A DNA stretch of 24,000 bases from Aliivibrio sp. S3MY1 (GCF_028765575.1 NZ_JARACO010000002.1:130733-154732); one strand, 5' to 3'. Shown: positions 1 through 9,750, counted from the first letter of the stretch. Program-made: numbers and translations. The notes: generated by a model not told the origin, from the sequence alone.

Positions 1-38
1 CAATATGCGAGTTTAACAAAGATTATTTTAAGAAGGAA

Positions 39-67
39 AGTTGAGGGCTAATAAATAGCCCTCAACT
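39..67 (-). terminator. Rho-independent terminator downstream of uspE
   Basis: Perfect 12-bp stem agttgagggcta / tagccctcaact with a 5-nt loop, starting 4 bp after the uspE stop. A T/C-rich tract follows on the minus strand. Confidence 0.7.
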
Positions 68-70
68 TGA

Positions 71-1018
71 TTAGATGTGATTAGGATCTAATGGACTTAT
101 GTAGCCATCGGGTTTTAGGGCTAAGATATCGCTGTTTAGTAAATTAAGTGTGTTTTCAGCGGTATTACCAATAAAGATAGCAGATAAACCAGTTCGTCCT
201 GTTGTCCCTAGAATGACAAGTCCTGCGTGCAGTTCATCTTCGACTTCAGAAATGACTTCTTCTGTTTGTCCTTCATAAACATGAGTTTGCTCTTCTGGTA
301 GAGCATATTTTTGACGAAGTGCTTTAATTTGGGTTAAGTGGTGTCCACGTATTGCATCTTTGTATTGAACAACATCAAATTCAGGAAGCTCTGCATGTAT
401 CGATGGTGGCGTCGATGGATAGGCATTAACTAAGTGTGGTGTTGAATTTAGGATGTCAGCAAAGTAAATCGCTTCTTCAACCATTTTATCATTAAGTTGT
501 AGGTGTGCAGGGTTTTCAGAGCCAACATGTACAGACGCAAGAATATTTCCATTATCAGGCCAAGATCTTTCTTTTACTAAAAGAACAGGAATAGGGGATT
601 TACGCAATAAATGCCAATCAGTCGGGGTAAAGAAGACCGTTTCTAATTTTGCATGTTCGCGAGTTGATTTAACCAATAATTGATAACCACCCTCAAAAAT
701 TTCATTGATGATCGCTTCATATGGTCGATTGTGCCACACCATTTTGACCGCAATAGTGATGTGTTCAGGAACATCATAGCTTTCAACAATATCGTCTAAT
801 AGTTTGGTTTTTTGTGCAACAACACCATTTCTCATTGCTGTTCTTTCATCGGCAGAAAGCATTGATGTCATTTCATAGGAGAAATCATAGGTTGTGCAGA
901 ATAGGGTTACTTGAGATGGCTTGGTACTGCGTTTAGCAATCTCTAATGCACGATCGAGAGCAGGTTGCTCACTTTGTTCAATGACCCCAGCAACGAGTAT
1001 TTTACGGTAGCGGTTCAT
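71..1018 (-). CDS. uspE: Universal stress protein E (tandem Usp domains)
   Basis: 315-aa ORF whose size and two-Usp-domain layout fit UspE. It lies next to fnr, as in E. coli and Vibrio. Confidence 0.85.
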   Translation of the reverse strand: MNRYRKILVAGVIEQSEQPALDRALEIAKRSTKPSQVTLFCTTYDFSYEMTSMLSADERTAMRNGVVAQKTKLLDDIVESYDVPEHITIAVKMVWHNRPYEAIINEIFEGGYQLLVKSTREHAKLETVFFTPTDWHLLRKSPIPVLLVKERSWPDNGNILASVHVGSENPAHLQLNDKMVEEAIYFADILNSTPHLVNAYPSTPPSIHAELPEFDVVQYKDAIRGHHLTQIKALRQKYALPEEQTHVYEGQTEEVISEVEDELHAGLVILGTTGRTGLSAIFIGNTAENTLNLLNSDILALKPDGYISPLDPNHI

Positions 1019-1105
1019 ACTAACCTCCCTTGGTAAAAACCAAATACATAAAACTGTTCTGATGTATTTACTTTAGCAGTTTAGCCGGAGATTTGTTGGC
1101 TTAGA

Positions 1106-1147
1106 ATACAAAAAAGTGAGGTACATCAAGAGATATACCTCACTTTT
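1106..1147 (-). terminator. Rho-independent terminator downstream of fnr
   Basis: Perfect 12-bp stem aaaagtgaggta / tacctcactttt (1112..1123 and 1136..1147) with a 12-nt loop. It is followed on the minus strand by a T-run (the A-run at 1107..1111 on plus). Confidence 0.8.
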
Positions 1148-1167
1148 AATTGTTTATTTAAGATGGT

Positions 1168-1920
1168 TTATTTGATTTCTTTAGCAGAGCCAGCAAGTTC
1201 TGCTAATGCATCATGATCATTGATCGTAATGTATTTCCCCTTAACCGTTAGCATTTCTGTTTTTTGGAAACGACCAAGTAAACGGCTAATAGTTTCAACG
1301 GTTAAACCAAGGTAGTTACCAATATCACCACGAGTCATGGTTAAACGAAATTCTCTTGGAGAAAAACCACGTTGATGGAAACGAGTCGATAGGTTGTATA
1401 AGAAAGCCGCTAAACGCTCTTCTGCATTTTTCTTAGACAGTAACAAGATCATTTCTTGATCGCCTTTAATTTCATTACTCATTAAACGCATAATTTGTTG
1501 GCGTAGCTTTGGCATTTTGCCTGATAAATCATCAAGAATCTCGTATGGGATCTCGCAAACCATTGATGTTTCTAGCGCTTGAGCAAAGCTTGGGTGTTCC
1601 GCGTCAGTAATAGCATCAAACCCAACGAGGTCACCAGCTAAATGGAAAGCAGTAATCTGCTCGTCACCTTGCTCTGTGATAGTATAGCTTTTGATCGTAC
1701 CTGAACGAATCGCATACAATGAATGTAACTCATCACCGGCTTTAAATAACTCTTGGCCTTTTTGAATTGGTTTTTTACGCTCAATGATTTCATCAAGTTG
1801 ATCTAATTCTGATTCATTTAAAGTAAATGGAATACATAATTGACTGATACTGCAATCTTGGCAGTGAATAGCACATCCGCCTGATTGGATTCGTTTGTTT
1901 GCTGAGTTATCTGACATCAT
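1168..1920 (-). CDS. fnr: Fumarate/nitrate reduction transcriptional regulator FNR (CRP/FNR family, 4Fe-4S oxygen sensor)
   Basis: Near-identical to E. coli FNR over most of its length ([27 protein letters not shown]..., [12 protein letters not shown] helix-turn-helix). The track ORF starts at a TTG at 1929; I prefer the ATG at 1920, which gives 250 aa as in E. coli. Confidence 0.95.
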   Translation of the reverse strand: MMSDNSANKRIQSGGCAIHCQDCSISQLCIPFTLNESELDQLDEIIERKKPIQKGQELFKAGDELHSLYAIRSGTIKSYTITEQGDEQITAFHLAGDLVGFDAITDAEHPSFAQALETSMVCEIPYEILDDLSGKMPKLRQQIMRLMSNEIKGDQEMILLLSKKNAEERLAAFLYNLSTRFHQRGFSPREFRLTMTRGDIGNYLGLTVETISRLLGRFQKTEMLTVKGKYITINDHDALAELAGSAKEIK

Positions 1921-1940
1921 CTGATTCAATGCTCTTATAA

Positions 1941-1954
1941 TTGATATAGGTCAA
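1941..1954. promoter_or_regulatory. FNR-box-like palindrome TTGAT-ATAG-GTCAA upstream of fnr (candidate autoregulatory site)
   Basis: Matches 9 of 10 positions of the FNR consensus TTGAT-N4-ATCAA and lies 21 bp upstream of the preferred fnr ATG. Confidence 0.5.
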
Positions 1955-2015
1955 TTTTAGCACTAACCAGTACCAAAGTGGTAGCATAAAAACAAAAGTA
2001 TGCAAAAATTTATAA

Positions 2016-2690
2016 TTAAATTAATTGTTGTAACGCAATATAAACGGTATGAATGCCATAAATGAGCAATAAAGCAGCGCTTATGTTTTTAGTTAACTTA
2101 TGATTTATTGCTGTTTTGAAAGTATCAGCTCCAATTCCGACAAGAAACATAGCGGGTAATGTTCCAAGCCCAAATGCTAACATGACGAGAGATCCGTTGA
2201 GAGAACTACCAGAAACCGCTGCCCAACTTAAGGTTGAATAAACTAATCCACAAGGTAACCATCCCCATAAAAAACCAAAAGGGATGGCATGAAATGGGGA
2301 CTTTAAAGGAAGTAACGGCTTAGTAAGAGGCGATATATATTGCCAAAGTTTCTTACCAATGACTTCTATATAAACAAGACCTTTCCACCAATTAGCAATA
2401 TAAAGAGCAAGTAAACACATTAATAACCCAGCAAGAATACGCAAGTAAACTAATGCACTATAACTTTCTGATATTGAGGCAATAGAGACAAACACCCCAC
2501 CAATGATAAACCCAAAAAGAGTATACGATACAATCCTTCCAATATTATAAAGAAGAATAAACAACCAACGAGGGTAGCCCGTTTTAGCTGAATTTATTGA
2601 AATTACAGCAGAAATACCACCGCACATTCCAATGCAGTGGCCAGCTCCCATTAATCCAACAACAAACGCGCCGATAAAATCAATGTTCAT
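2016..2690 (-). CDS. Polytopic membrane protein, TauE/SafE- or DsbD_2-like, with Cys motifs; linked to the cbb3 maturation genes
   Basis: 224-aa, very hydrophobic ORF carrying GAGHCIGMCGG near the N-terminus and a later WLPCG motif. Its ATG overlaps the 3' end of ccoS by 11 nt. Confidence 0.7.
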   Translation of the reverse strand: MNIDFIGAFVVGLMGAGHCIGMCGGISAVISINSAKTGYPRWLFILLYNIGRIVSYTLFGFIIGGVFVSIASISESYSALVYLRILAGLLMCLLALYIANWWKGLVYIEVIGKKLWQYISPLTKPLLPLKSPFHAIPFGFLWGWLPCGLVYSTLSWAAVSGSSLNGSLVMLAFGLGTLPAMFLVGIGADTFKTAINHKLTKNISAALLLIYGIHTVYIALQQLI

Positions 2691-2850
2691 CTTTTTTCTT
2701 TTTTATTGGTGTATCTTCATCAAATAAGATGTCTGTTCCTTGACGGTCAAGATCTTCAAACTGGTCACTCTTTACTGCCCAAATAAAAACTGCAACAGCG
2801 ACGCATACCAACATAATAGCGATTGGGATTAATAAATATAAACTAGCCAT
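2680..2850 (-). CDS. ccoS: cbb3-type cytochrome oxidase assembly protein CcoS/FixS (56 aa; absent from the ORF track)
   Basis: Hand translation gives MASLYLLIPIAIMLVCVAVAVFIWAVKSDQFEDLDRQGTDILFDEDTPIKKKKDEH, a single TM followed by the typical Q(F/Y)(D/E)DL motif. Its ATG overlaps the ccoI stop (AATGGCTAG) and its stop overlaps the next ORF's start. Confidence 0.85.
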   Translation of the reverse strand: MASLYLLIPIAIMLVCVAVAVFIWAVKSDQFEDLDRQGTDILFDEDTPIKKKKDEH

Positions 2851-5221
2851 TTTCTTTTAATAACCTAAGAGAATTAGAGACAACAATAATAGAGCTACCA
2901 GACATTCCTACAACCGCAATATAAGGAGCAACTAAGCCCATTACTGCTAACGGTAATATAATGGCATTATAGCCTAAAGCCCATGCTAAGTTTTCACGAA
3001 TGATTTTTCGTGTTTTCATCGCAAGTTCTCGCGCTTCAATAAGTCGAGAAAGATTATCCCCCAGAAGGATCATATCTGCAGAAGCTTTTGCCACATCAGT
3101 TCCTGAGCCCATCGCTATTGATAGATGTGCGCCAGCGAGGGTCGGGGCATCATTAATGCCGTCACCAACCATTAAACTTACTTCTTGTTTTGGTAATGAT
3201 TTTAAATAATCCAATTTGCCTTGTGGCGTTGCACCTGAAATAACGTCATCGATAGCTAAAGCATTAGCCACTTTTTCTACCGATGAACTACTGTCACCAG
3301 TTAGCATAGTCACTTTAATACCTAAATGGTGCAGTGATTGAATTAAGGCTTGGCTTTCTTGGCGAATTGGATCATCCAATACAAAAGCAGCAACCGCTTG
3401 TCCATTTTTAGACAACCACACTTGGTAATCTTGATTATTTTCTAATTCACAATCTTTCGCAGCAAATGCTTTATGACCAATCTTCCATTCATCGTTACCA
3501 ATAACCCCTTGTAAGCCTGATCCAATGATATTTTCAACGCTATCAAAGTGAGTTTCAGTTGAGTCTCTATATTGTGAGAAAGCACGCGCAATAGGGTGAT
3601 TAGCAAAGGATTCCATTTCAGCCGCGATTTTTTTTGCGGTTTCCTCTGATATATCTGTAAAAGAATGGACTTGAGTTAATCGAATGTTTCCTTCGGTTAA
3701 TGTTCCTGTTTTATCAATAACTAAACGGTTAACTTTACACAGTGTTTCTAAAACATGGCCACGACGAAGCATTAAACCAAGCTGTGCTAAACGAGAAGTT
3801 GAACAGGTGATTGCTGTTGGTGTTGCTAGTGATAACGCACAAGGACAAGTCGCAACAAGAACTGAAAGCATGATCCAAAAAGCATCGTCTGGTTTTGTTT
3901 CGTGCCAGTAAAACCAAGTAAATGCAGAGATGATTAGAATACCAGCCACAAAATAACGAGCGACCAGATCTGCAATTTCTGCAACTTTAGGTTTAGACAT
4001 TTGCGCTTCATCTTGAAGTTTTACAATGTTTGATATCAAAGAATCGGCTTTGGTTTTGGTTACTTTTATGGTTAAGTTACCATCGCCATTAATGGTGCCA
4101 GCGTAAACGGGGTCGGTTTCTTTTTTTGCTACCGGCATTGATTCACCAGTAAACATAGACTCATCAATCGCACTGTACCCTGAAATAACAATACCATCCG
4201 CAGGTAAGTGCTCTCCAGGAGGAACAATTACCGTATCATCTACATCAAGTGTTCGAGCAGGGACTTTCTTTCCTGATGTTAATGTTGCCATTACTGGAAT
4301 AAGCTTTAAGAGGTTTCCTGTTATTGCAGCGGCTTTTCGACGTGCGCGCATTTCAAGGAATCGACCGAGTAATAAAAAGAAGGTAAACATGGCAACAGAT
4401 TCAAAGAAAACTTCACCAGATTCAGTAACGGTTGCTACGACACTTGCGAAATAAGCAAATAACATAGCGATAGAAACAGGGACGTCCATTCCTAATGTTC
4501 TTGCTTTTAAACTGCGCCACGCATTCATATAAAATGGCAGTGCAGAGTAGAGCATAACCGGCGTTGCAAAAACTAAGCTTACATAACGTAGGTAATTTCT
4601 AAACTCGGCATCAAGATCACCAAAGACTTCAAGATATAAAGCAACGGCAAGCATCATGACTTGCATCGTTGCTAAACCGGCAACCCCTAAACGATATAAG
4701 TATTGCTTCATTGAGCGGTGATATTCTTCTTCTTGTTTGTCTGCTTCAAATGGGGCAGCTTTGTATCCCAATTGATGAATAAGAGTAAGAAGGGTACTTA
4801 ATTTAGTTTCTTCTGGGTTCCAACTCAGCAATGCTCGATGTGTAGAGGTGTTCACTTTTATTTGATGAATACCTTGTGCATTAGTAAGTTGCTTTTCGAT
4901 TAACCAAGCACATGCAGCACAAGAAACGCCATCGAGTGACAGCGTCACTTCTTTGAAGTTGTTATTGGTACGTATGAACTCTTTTTGAATCTCATTATGA
5001 TCATAATGAGCTAGGGCTTTTAGTTGTTCTGGGACTAAATCTGCTTTATCGGCAGGGGCCGTACGATATTGATAATAAGAAGATAGGCCATTTTCAACGA
5101 TAGTTTGCGCTACTGATTCACAGCCTGGGCAACACATATCACGGGTTTCACCTAAAATATCGATTTGAAAACTAGAGCCTGAAGGTACAGGCTCACTGCA
5201 GTGATAACAATCCTTCGACAT
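2843..5221 (-). CDS. ccoI: Copper-translocating P1B-type ATPase CcoI/FixI
   Basis: 792-aa ORF with DKTGTLT, a transmembrane CPC motif, GDGINDAP and N-terminal Cys-rich metal-binding motifs. It sits between ccoH and ccoS. Confidence 0.92.
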   Translation of the reverse strand: MSKDCYHCSEPVPSGSSFQIDILGETRDMCCPGCESVAQTIVENGLSSYYQYRTAPADKADLVPEQLKALAHYDHNEIQKEFIRTNNNFKEVTLSLDGVSCAACAWLIEKQLTNAQGIHQIKVNTSTHRALLSWNPEETKLSTLLTLIHQLGYKAAPFEADKQEEEYHRSMKQYLYRLGVAGLATMQVMMLAVALYLEVFGDLDAEFRNYLRYVSLVFATPVMLYSALPFYMNAWRSLKARTLGMDVPVSIAMLFAYFASVVATVTESGEVFFESVAMFTFFLLLGRFLEMRARRKAAAITGNLLKLIPVMATLTSGKKVPARTLDVDDTVIVPPGEHLPADGIVISGYSAIDESMFTGESMPVAKKETDPVYAGTINGDGNLTIKVTKTKADSLISNIVKLQDEAQMSKPKVAEIADLVARYFVAGILIISAFTWFYWHETKPDDAFWIMLSVLVATCPCALSLATPTAITCSTSRLAQLGLMLRRGHVLETLCKVNRLVIDKTGTLTEGNIRLTQVHSFTDISEETAKKIAAEMESFANHPIARAFSQYRDSTETHFDSVENIIGSGLQGVIGNDEWKIGHKAFAAKDCELENNQDYQVWLSKNGQAVAAFVLDDPIRQESQALIQSLHHLGIKVTMLTGDSSSSVEKVANALAIDDVISGATPQGKLDYLKSLPKQEVSLMVGDGINDAPTLAGAHLSIAMGSGTDVAKASADMILLGDNLSRLIEARELAMKTRKIIRENLAWALGYNAIILPLAVMGLVAPYIAVVGMSGSSIIVVSNSLRLLKENG
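4936..4948. other. matS site (MatP-binding palindrome), exact match to the consensus
   Basis: GTGACAGCGTCAC matches GTGACRNYGTCAC at all 13 positions. It lies inside the ccoI coding sequence, 5.3 kb from dif. Confidence 0.7.
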
Positions 5222-5239
5222 ATGGTTTATTTACCTTAT

Positions 5240-5719
5240 CTATTTACCTAAGGGGAAAAAATCTTCAGTTGGAAAGTTTGTGCGGCCTTGAATCATCCAT
5301 GAACTATCATGAGGTAATAATTCAATAAACCAAGGGCCTGCTAATGGTTCATCTAGGTTAATACGATAAATATTTTTCGCATCTGATGTTAATAATTGCG
5401 AGAAATCGTGGTTTGGTAACGTTCTATGGGTGAAAGTAGCGTTAATTGCAGGGTTATGCTCTAACTTGCCTTTATCAATTTCAATTTCAATTGTATTACC
5501 TACACTACGAACCTTAGCAAAAATTGAAAGTTCTTGAGCAACTTTGATTTTTGAAAGATCGACGTTTATTGCTTTGCCTTTCTTGTAATAGTCTTCTGCG
5601 ACCAGATCGACATCATGCTCTACAAATAAAATGTAAGTTGATATACATGCAACGACAACGGTACCAGGAAGGATGATGAGAAACCAAGGCCAGAACTGCT
5701 TATACCAAGGTTGAGACAT
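5240..5719 (-). CDS. ccoH: FixH/CcoH family cbb3 oxidase assembly protein
   Basis: 159-aa ORF with the N-terminal PWYKQFWPWFL motif plus a TM, then DYYKKGKAIN, which is typical of CcoH. It lies directly upstream of ccoI. Confidence 0.85.
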   Translation of the reverse strand: MSQPWYKQFWPWFLIILPGTVVVACISTYILFVEHDVDLVAEDYYKKGKAINVDLSKIKVAQELSIFAKVRSVGNTIEIEIDKGKLEHNPAINATFTHRTLPNHDFSQLLTSDAKNIYRINLDEPLAGPWFIELLPHDSSWMIQGRTNFPTEDFFPLGK

Positions 5720-5782
5720 AGTAATGATTCCTATTAAAGATCTAGTTATTATGATTTTATATTAGAGATTCAATATAAAAAG

Positions 5783-5810
5783 GAAAAAAGCCCCTGTACA
5801 TGCAGGGGCT
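5783..5810 (-). terminator. Rho-independent terminator between ccoP and ccoH
   Basis: GC-rich stem agcccctg / caggggct (5789..5796 and 5803..5810), followed on the minus strand by a T-run (the A-run at 5784..5788 on plus). Confidence 0.8.
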
Positions 5811-5820
5811 ATTATTTTTA

Positions 5821-6792
5821 TTATTTGTTACTTAAGCTCCAGACATAGGCAGAAAGAAGTTGAATCTTCTCTTCACCTAATATGTCTTTCCAAGCTGGCA
5901 TCACACCTTGACGGCCATTAGCGACTGTTTCAGTAACATCGGCACGAGAATCGCCAAATAACCAATCATTGTCAGTTAGATCTGGTGCACCCAGAGCAGG
6001 GTTACCTTTACCATCTGTACCATGACAAGCAGCACAAACGATAAATCGTTGTTTACCTGCAGCGGCTTCTTTAACGTTTACTTTACGACCAGATAGGCTA
6101 AGAGTATAACTTACTACTTCTTTAACACCATCAGCACCTAAAGCATCTCCCCAAGCTGGCATGTTCCCAATACGACCATTCATAATAGTTGTTTTGATTG
6201 CTTGAGGCTCACCACCATATAACCATGCATTATCGGTTAGGTTAGGGAAGCCTTTCATGCCTCTTGCATCAGAGCTATGACATTGAGAACAGTTTTGTAG
6301 GAATAAACGTTGTCCTACTTTTAATGCTTCTTTGTCATTTGCAATATCCGTAATAGCTCGGAACTCAGAGGTTCCTGGCTTATATGCAAGCTTTGAAAAA
6401 GTTTCGCCAAAATTCGTATTTGCGTCATCTAATTCACGAGCAAATTGATCAAGTGTTTTCTCTTTATGAGAACGCTCAATCGATGCTCGTGATTCTTCTA
6501 CAGTACGAACGGTTTGGTCTGAACTTGTCCAACCTAAAATGCCTTTAAAGTTACCTAATCCAGGATAAAGAATTAAGTAAACAACCGCAAAGACGATGGT
6601 AGCCCAGAACATGTAAGTCCACCATTTTGGCAGTGGATTATTGAGTTCACGAATACCATCGTATTCATGACCCATATCTTCACCTTCTTCAACTCCTGTC
6701 GTATTTTTCAAGCAGAAACGAAGAAGTAGGCCACAACCAATTAATGTACCAATACTAATGATACTTATCCAGAGACTCCAAAAAGTACTCAT
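5821..6792 (-). CDS. ccoP: cbb3-type cytochrome c oxidase subunit III (diheme cytochrome c)
   Basis: 323-aa ORF with an N-terminal TM and two CxxCH heme motifs (CSQCH, CAACH). Its start overlaps the ccoQ stop by 4 nt. Confidence 0.95.
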   Translation of the reverse strand: MSTFWSLWISIISIGTLIGCGLLLRFCLKNTTGVEEGEDMGHEYDGIRELNNPLPKWWTYMFWATIVFAVVYLILYPGLGNFKGILGWTSSDQTVRTVEESRASIERSHKEKTLDQFARELDDANTNFGETFSKLAYKPGTSEFRAITDIANDKEALKVGQRLFLQNCSQCHSSDARGMKGFPNLTDNAWLYGGEPQAIKTTIMNGRIGNMPAWGDALGADGVKEVVSYTLSLSGRKVNVKEAAAGKQRFIVCAACHGTDGKGNPALGAPDLTDNDWLFGDSRADVTETVANGRQGVMPAWKDILGEEKIQLLSAYVWSLSNK

Positions 6793-6971
6793 TGTTTATC
6801 AACTCCTGTCTTGTTTTGGCTTGAAGTATCTTCTTGTTCATCAGCAAAAACCAAGTTAGCCGCTTCATCGAAACGAGCTGTCTGTTTTTTACTGTAAGCC
6901 CAGAAAATAATACCTATCATGCTGCAGAACAGAATGACAGTCCAAATTGCATGAATAGTTCCAGCGTCCAT
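6789..6971 (-). CDS. ccoQ: cbb3-type cytochrome oxidase subunit CcoQ
   Basis: 60-aa single-TM protein between ccoO and ccoP, overlapping ccoP by 4 nt. Confidence 0.85.
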   Translation of the reverse strand: MDAGTIHAIWTVILFCSMIGIIFWAYSKKQTARFDEAANLVFADEQEDTSSQNKTGVDKQ

Positions 6972-6981
6972 GTGGACCTCC

Positions 6982-7593
6982 TTACTTCATTGCATGACCA
7001 AGAGATTGAAGATAAGCGATAATCGCATCCATCTCAGTCTTGCCTTTAACCGCATCAGCCGCATTTTTTACGTCTTCTTCGGTGTATGGAACACCAAAGT
7101 TGTTACGGAAAATAGCAATTTTTTGCGATGTTAATTCACCATCTAACACGTTTTCTTCCAACCAAGGGAAGCCTGGCATGTTTGATTCAGGAACCACATC
7201 ACGAGGGTTGATGAGGTGAACACGATGCCATTCATCAGAATAACGATCACCAACACGAGCTAGGTCTGGACCTGTACGTTTAGAACCCCACAAGAATGGA
7301 TGTTCCCAAACGCTTTCACCAGCAACAGAGTAATGACCGTAACGTTCCGTTTCTGCACGGAATGGACGGATCATTTGGCTATGACAAACATTACAACCTT
7401 CACGGATGTAAATATCACGACCTTCCATTTCTAGTGGAGTGTAAACTCGTAAGTTTTCTACCGGTTCAGTCGTTTGTTTTTGGAAAATTAGAGGAGTGAT
7501 CTCAACTAATGCCCCAAAACTGATTGCAACGACGATTAAAACGGCAAGAAGACCCACATTTTTTTCTATGATTTCATGACGATTAGAACTCAT
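6982..7593 (-). CDS. ccoO: cbb3-type cytochrome c oxidase subunit II (monoheme)
   Basis: 203-aa ORF with an N-terminal TM and one CxxCH motif (CNVCH). It lies immediately downstream of ccoN. Confidence 0.95.
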   Translation of the reverse strand: MSSNRHEIIEKNVGLLAVLIVVAISFGALVEITPLIFQKQTTEPVENLRVYTPLEMEGRDIYIREGCNVCHSQMIRPFRAETERYGHYSVAGESVWEHPFLWGSKRTGPDLARVGDRYSDEWHRVHLINPRDVVPESNMPGFPWLEENVLDGELTSQKIAIFRNNFGVPYTEEDVKNAADAVKGKTEMDAIIAYLQSLGHAMK

Positions 7594-7605
7594 AACATGG
7601 TCTCC

Positions 7606-9036
7606 TTATAGCACTGGCTGTGGAATTGCTTTTAGGCTGTTCTTCGGAGCAGAGATAGTCTTGTATGCGTTGTACGCAAGTAAGAACATTCCTGATAAGA
7701 AGATTAGACCGCCTAAAAAGCGAACAAAGTAGAATGGGTAAGATGCTTCTAGTGATTCCACAAAGCTGTACGTTAATGTGCCATCCGAATTTACTGCACG
7801 CCACATTAAACCCTGCATAACACCTGAAATCCACATTGCTACGATGTAAAGAACTGTTCCGATTGTCGCTAACCAGAAGTGAACATTGATTAGTGATACA
7901 GAGTACATACGCTCTTGACCAAATAGCTTAGGAATTAAGTGATATAAAGAACCAATTGAAACCATTGCAACCCAACCTAACGCACCTGAATGCACGTGAC
8001 CGATAGTCCAGTCAGTGTAGTGAGATAGGGCATTTACAGATTTAATCGCCATCATTGGACCTTCAAAGGTAGACATACCATAGAAAGACAGAGAGACAAT
8101 TAAGAATCGAAGAATAGGGTCATAACGAAGTTTATGCCAAGCACCAGACAGCGTCATTATACCATTGATCATGCCGCCCCAAGATGGTGCGAATAGAACT
8201 AATGACATCACCATACCTAGTGACTGAGTCCAGTCAGGTAACGCGGTGTAATGTAAGTGGTGAGGACCGGCCCAGATATAAAGTGAGACTAATGCCCAGA
8301 AGTGAACAATAGATAAACGGTAAGAATATACAGGACGTTCCGCTTGTTTTGGTACAAAGTAATACATCATGCCAAGGAAGCCCGCTGTCAGTAGGAAGCC
8401 TACTGCATTATGGCCGTACCACCATTGAACCATTGCATCAACAGCACCAGAATAAATCGAATACGATTTTGTCATCGATACTGGAACAGCAAGGCTATTC
8501 ACAATATGAAGAACGGCAACGGTTAGAATGAAGGCTCCAAAGAACCAGTTTGCAACGTAAATATGTGATGTCTTACGCTTAAACAAAGTTCCAAAGAAAA
8601 CAATAGCATACGCAACCCAAACTAAAGTGATTGCGATATCAATCGGCCACTCTAATTCTGCGTATTCTTTACCTGATGTCATACCTAGAGGCAACGTAAT
8701 TGCTGCTGCTAAGATAATTGCTTGCCAACCCCAGAAGGTGAACGCAACTAATGGACCACCGAACAAACGTGTTTGACAAGTGCGCTGAACAACATAATAA
8801 GATGTTGCAAACAGGGCACTTGTACCGAATGCGAAAATTACTGCATTTGTATGCAGAGGACGCAAACGGCTATACGTAAGCCACGGTGTGTCGAAATTAA
8901 GTTGCGGCCAAACTAATTGAGCGGCAATTAGTACACCCACACCCATGCCAACAATACCCCATAGTATGGTAACTAAAGAGAACTGACGAACAACGGTATA
9001 GTTGTAGTTTTGTTCATGCTGCTGTACTTGGCTCAT
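7606..9036 (-). CDS. ccoN: cbb3-type cytochrome c oxidase subunit I
   Basis: 476-aa polytopic heme-copper oxidase subunit I with conserved His-rich helices ([23 protein letters not shown]). It is the first gene of ccoNOQP. Confidence 0.95.
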   Translation of the reverse strand: MSQVQQHEQNYNYTVVRQFSLVTILWGIVGMGVGVLIAAQLVWPQLNFDTPWLTYSRLRPLHTNAVIFAFGTSALFATSYYVVQRTCQTRLFGGPLVAFTFWGWQAIILAAAITLPLGMTSGKEYAELEWPIDIAITLVWVAYAIVFFGTLFKRKTSHIYVANWFFGAFILTVAVLHIVNSLAVPVSMTKSYSIYSGAVDAMVQWWYGHNAVGFLLTAGFLGMMYYFVPKQAERPVYSYRLSIVHFWALVSLYIWAGPHHLHYTALPDWTQSLGMVMSLVLFAPSWGGMINGIMTLSGAWHKLRYDPILRFLIVSLSFYGMSTFEGPMMAIKSVNALSHYTDWTIGHVHSGALGWVAMVSIGSLYHLIPKLFGQERMYSVSLINVHFWLATIGTVLYIVAMWISGVMQGLMWRAVNSDGTLTYSFVESLEASYPFYFVRFLGGLIFLSGMFLLAYNAYKTISAPKNSLKAIPQPVL

Positions 9037-9084
9037 AATTGCATGCTTCCACTTTTATTATAACTACACTTTACTTTCCATAGT

Positions 9085-9101
9085 GCGAACAAATTGTTCG
9101 C
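9085..9101. promoter_or_regulatory. Perfect 8+1+8 palindrome GCGAACAA-A-TTGTTCGC in the ccoN upstream/leader region
   Basis: Read directly from the sequence, 49 to 65 bp upstream of the ccoN ATG. I could not assign a regulator. Confidence 0.35.
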
Positions 9102-9303
9102 AATGCCACCCAAAATTCAACTTCAAATAATTGGATTTGTGACCCTTTTATTTTGAAATATTCCTTTTTAATGCAAAAATGGCATTTTCGGCATCAATGA
9201 TACTGCACTTGAAAAATGAATCATAGTTGATGCAGATGGTAATTTTACGCTTAAGCAACATTTTTCCTTTTTTTTTGAACTAGATAACACAGGTTTTTCA
9301 ACT

Positions 9304-9750
9304 ATGGCTATAGAAAAGTTAACAGGCCCTCGTTTATATCAACTTATTTTCTTATTGATCGTTCTGATCAGTGCATTTACATGGAGGACAATCACATATA
9401 TAGATCCAAATGATATTGATGAAGTTACAGAGGTTTGTGATATTACAGAACAAGCTTGTAGCTTTAATATCGATAGTAATCAGCTCATTATTGATGTAAA
9501 AGAGCGCCCAATTATGCAGAATACTGAAATAAACCTTTCAATTTCAAGTCTTGATACTGAGTGGACTTTAGAGGCTGAAGGTATCAATATGAATATGGGA
9601 AAACTGAAATTTCTGCATTTAAATGCCGATAATGCTGAAGAGAAGTACTCTGTTTTTTTACCAAAATGTAAACACAATGAGATGAAATGGATGGTCAACA
9701 TATCGAATGGAGATGAGAGAATAAATGTTAGTTTTAACTCAATAAAGTAA
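9304..9750 (+). CDS. Hypothetical membrane-anchored protein (orphan, AT-rich)
   Basis: 148-aa ORF with one N-terminal hydrophobic helix (LYQLIFLLIVLISAFTW). It has a weak Shine-Dalgarno sequence and no family I recognise. Confidence 0.5.
   Translation: MAIEKLTGPRLYQLIFLLIVLISAFTWRTITYIDPNDIDEVTEVCDITEQACSFNIDSNQLIIDVKERPIMQNTEINLSISSLDTEWTLEAEGINMNMGKLKFLHLNADNAEEKYSVFLPKCKHNEMKWMVNISNGDERINVSFNSIK

Noticed and set aside
1921-1929. N-terminal extensions in the track ORFs: fnr from a TTG at 1929, matP from a GTG at 11478, zapC from a TTG at 21513
   Set aside because: Alignment with the E. coli proteins, as I recall them, supports the internal ATG starts at 1920, 11469 and 21468.
3000-3917. 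ORFs of 60 to 75 aa (3000..3209 plus, 3684..3911 plus, 3735..3917 minus) inside ccoI
   Set aside because: They are antisense or out-of-frame shadow ORFs within a well-supported P-type ATPase gene. They have low-complexity or odd composition and no ribosome-binding site.
6834-8531. ORFs 6834..7022, 7296..7499, 7583..7834 and 8349..8531 overlapping ccoQ, ccoO and ccoN
   Set aside because: They are shadow ORFs on the opposite strand or in alternative frames of highly conserved oxidase subunit genes.
9037-9303. FNR or CRP box upstream of ccoN
   Set aside because: Only half-sites were seen (for example TTGATGCAGATGGT and TTGATGCCGAAAAT on the minus strand). None is within two mismatches of TTGAT-N4-ATCAA, so no site was called.
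9480-9701. 73-aa minus-strand ORF inside the 9304..9750 ORF
   Set aside because: It is antisense to the slightly better-supported plus-strand ORF (which has a TM helix and is longer), and there is no independent support. Neither ORF is strongly supported.
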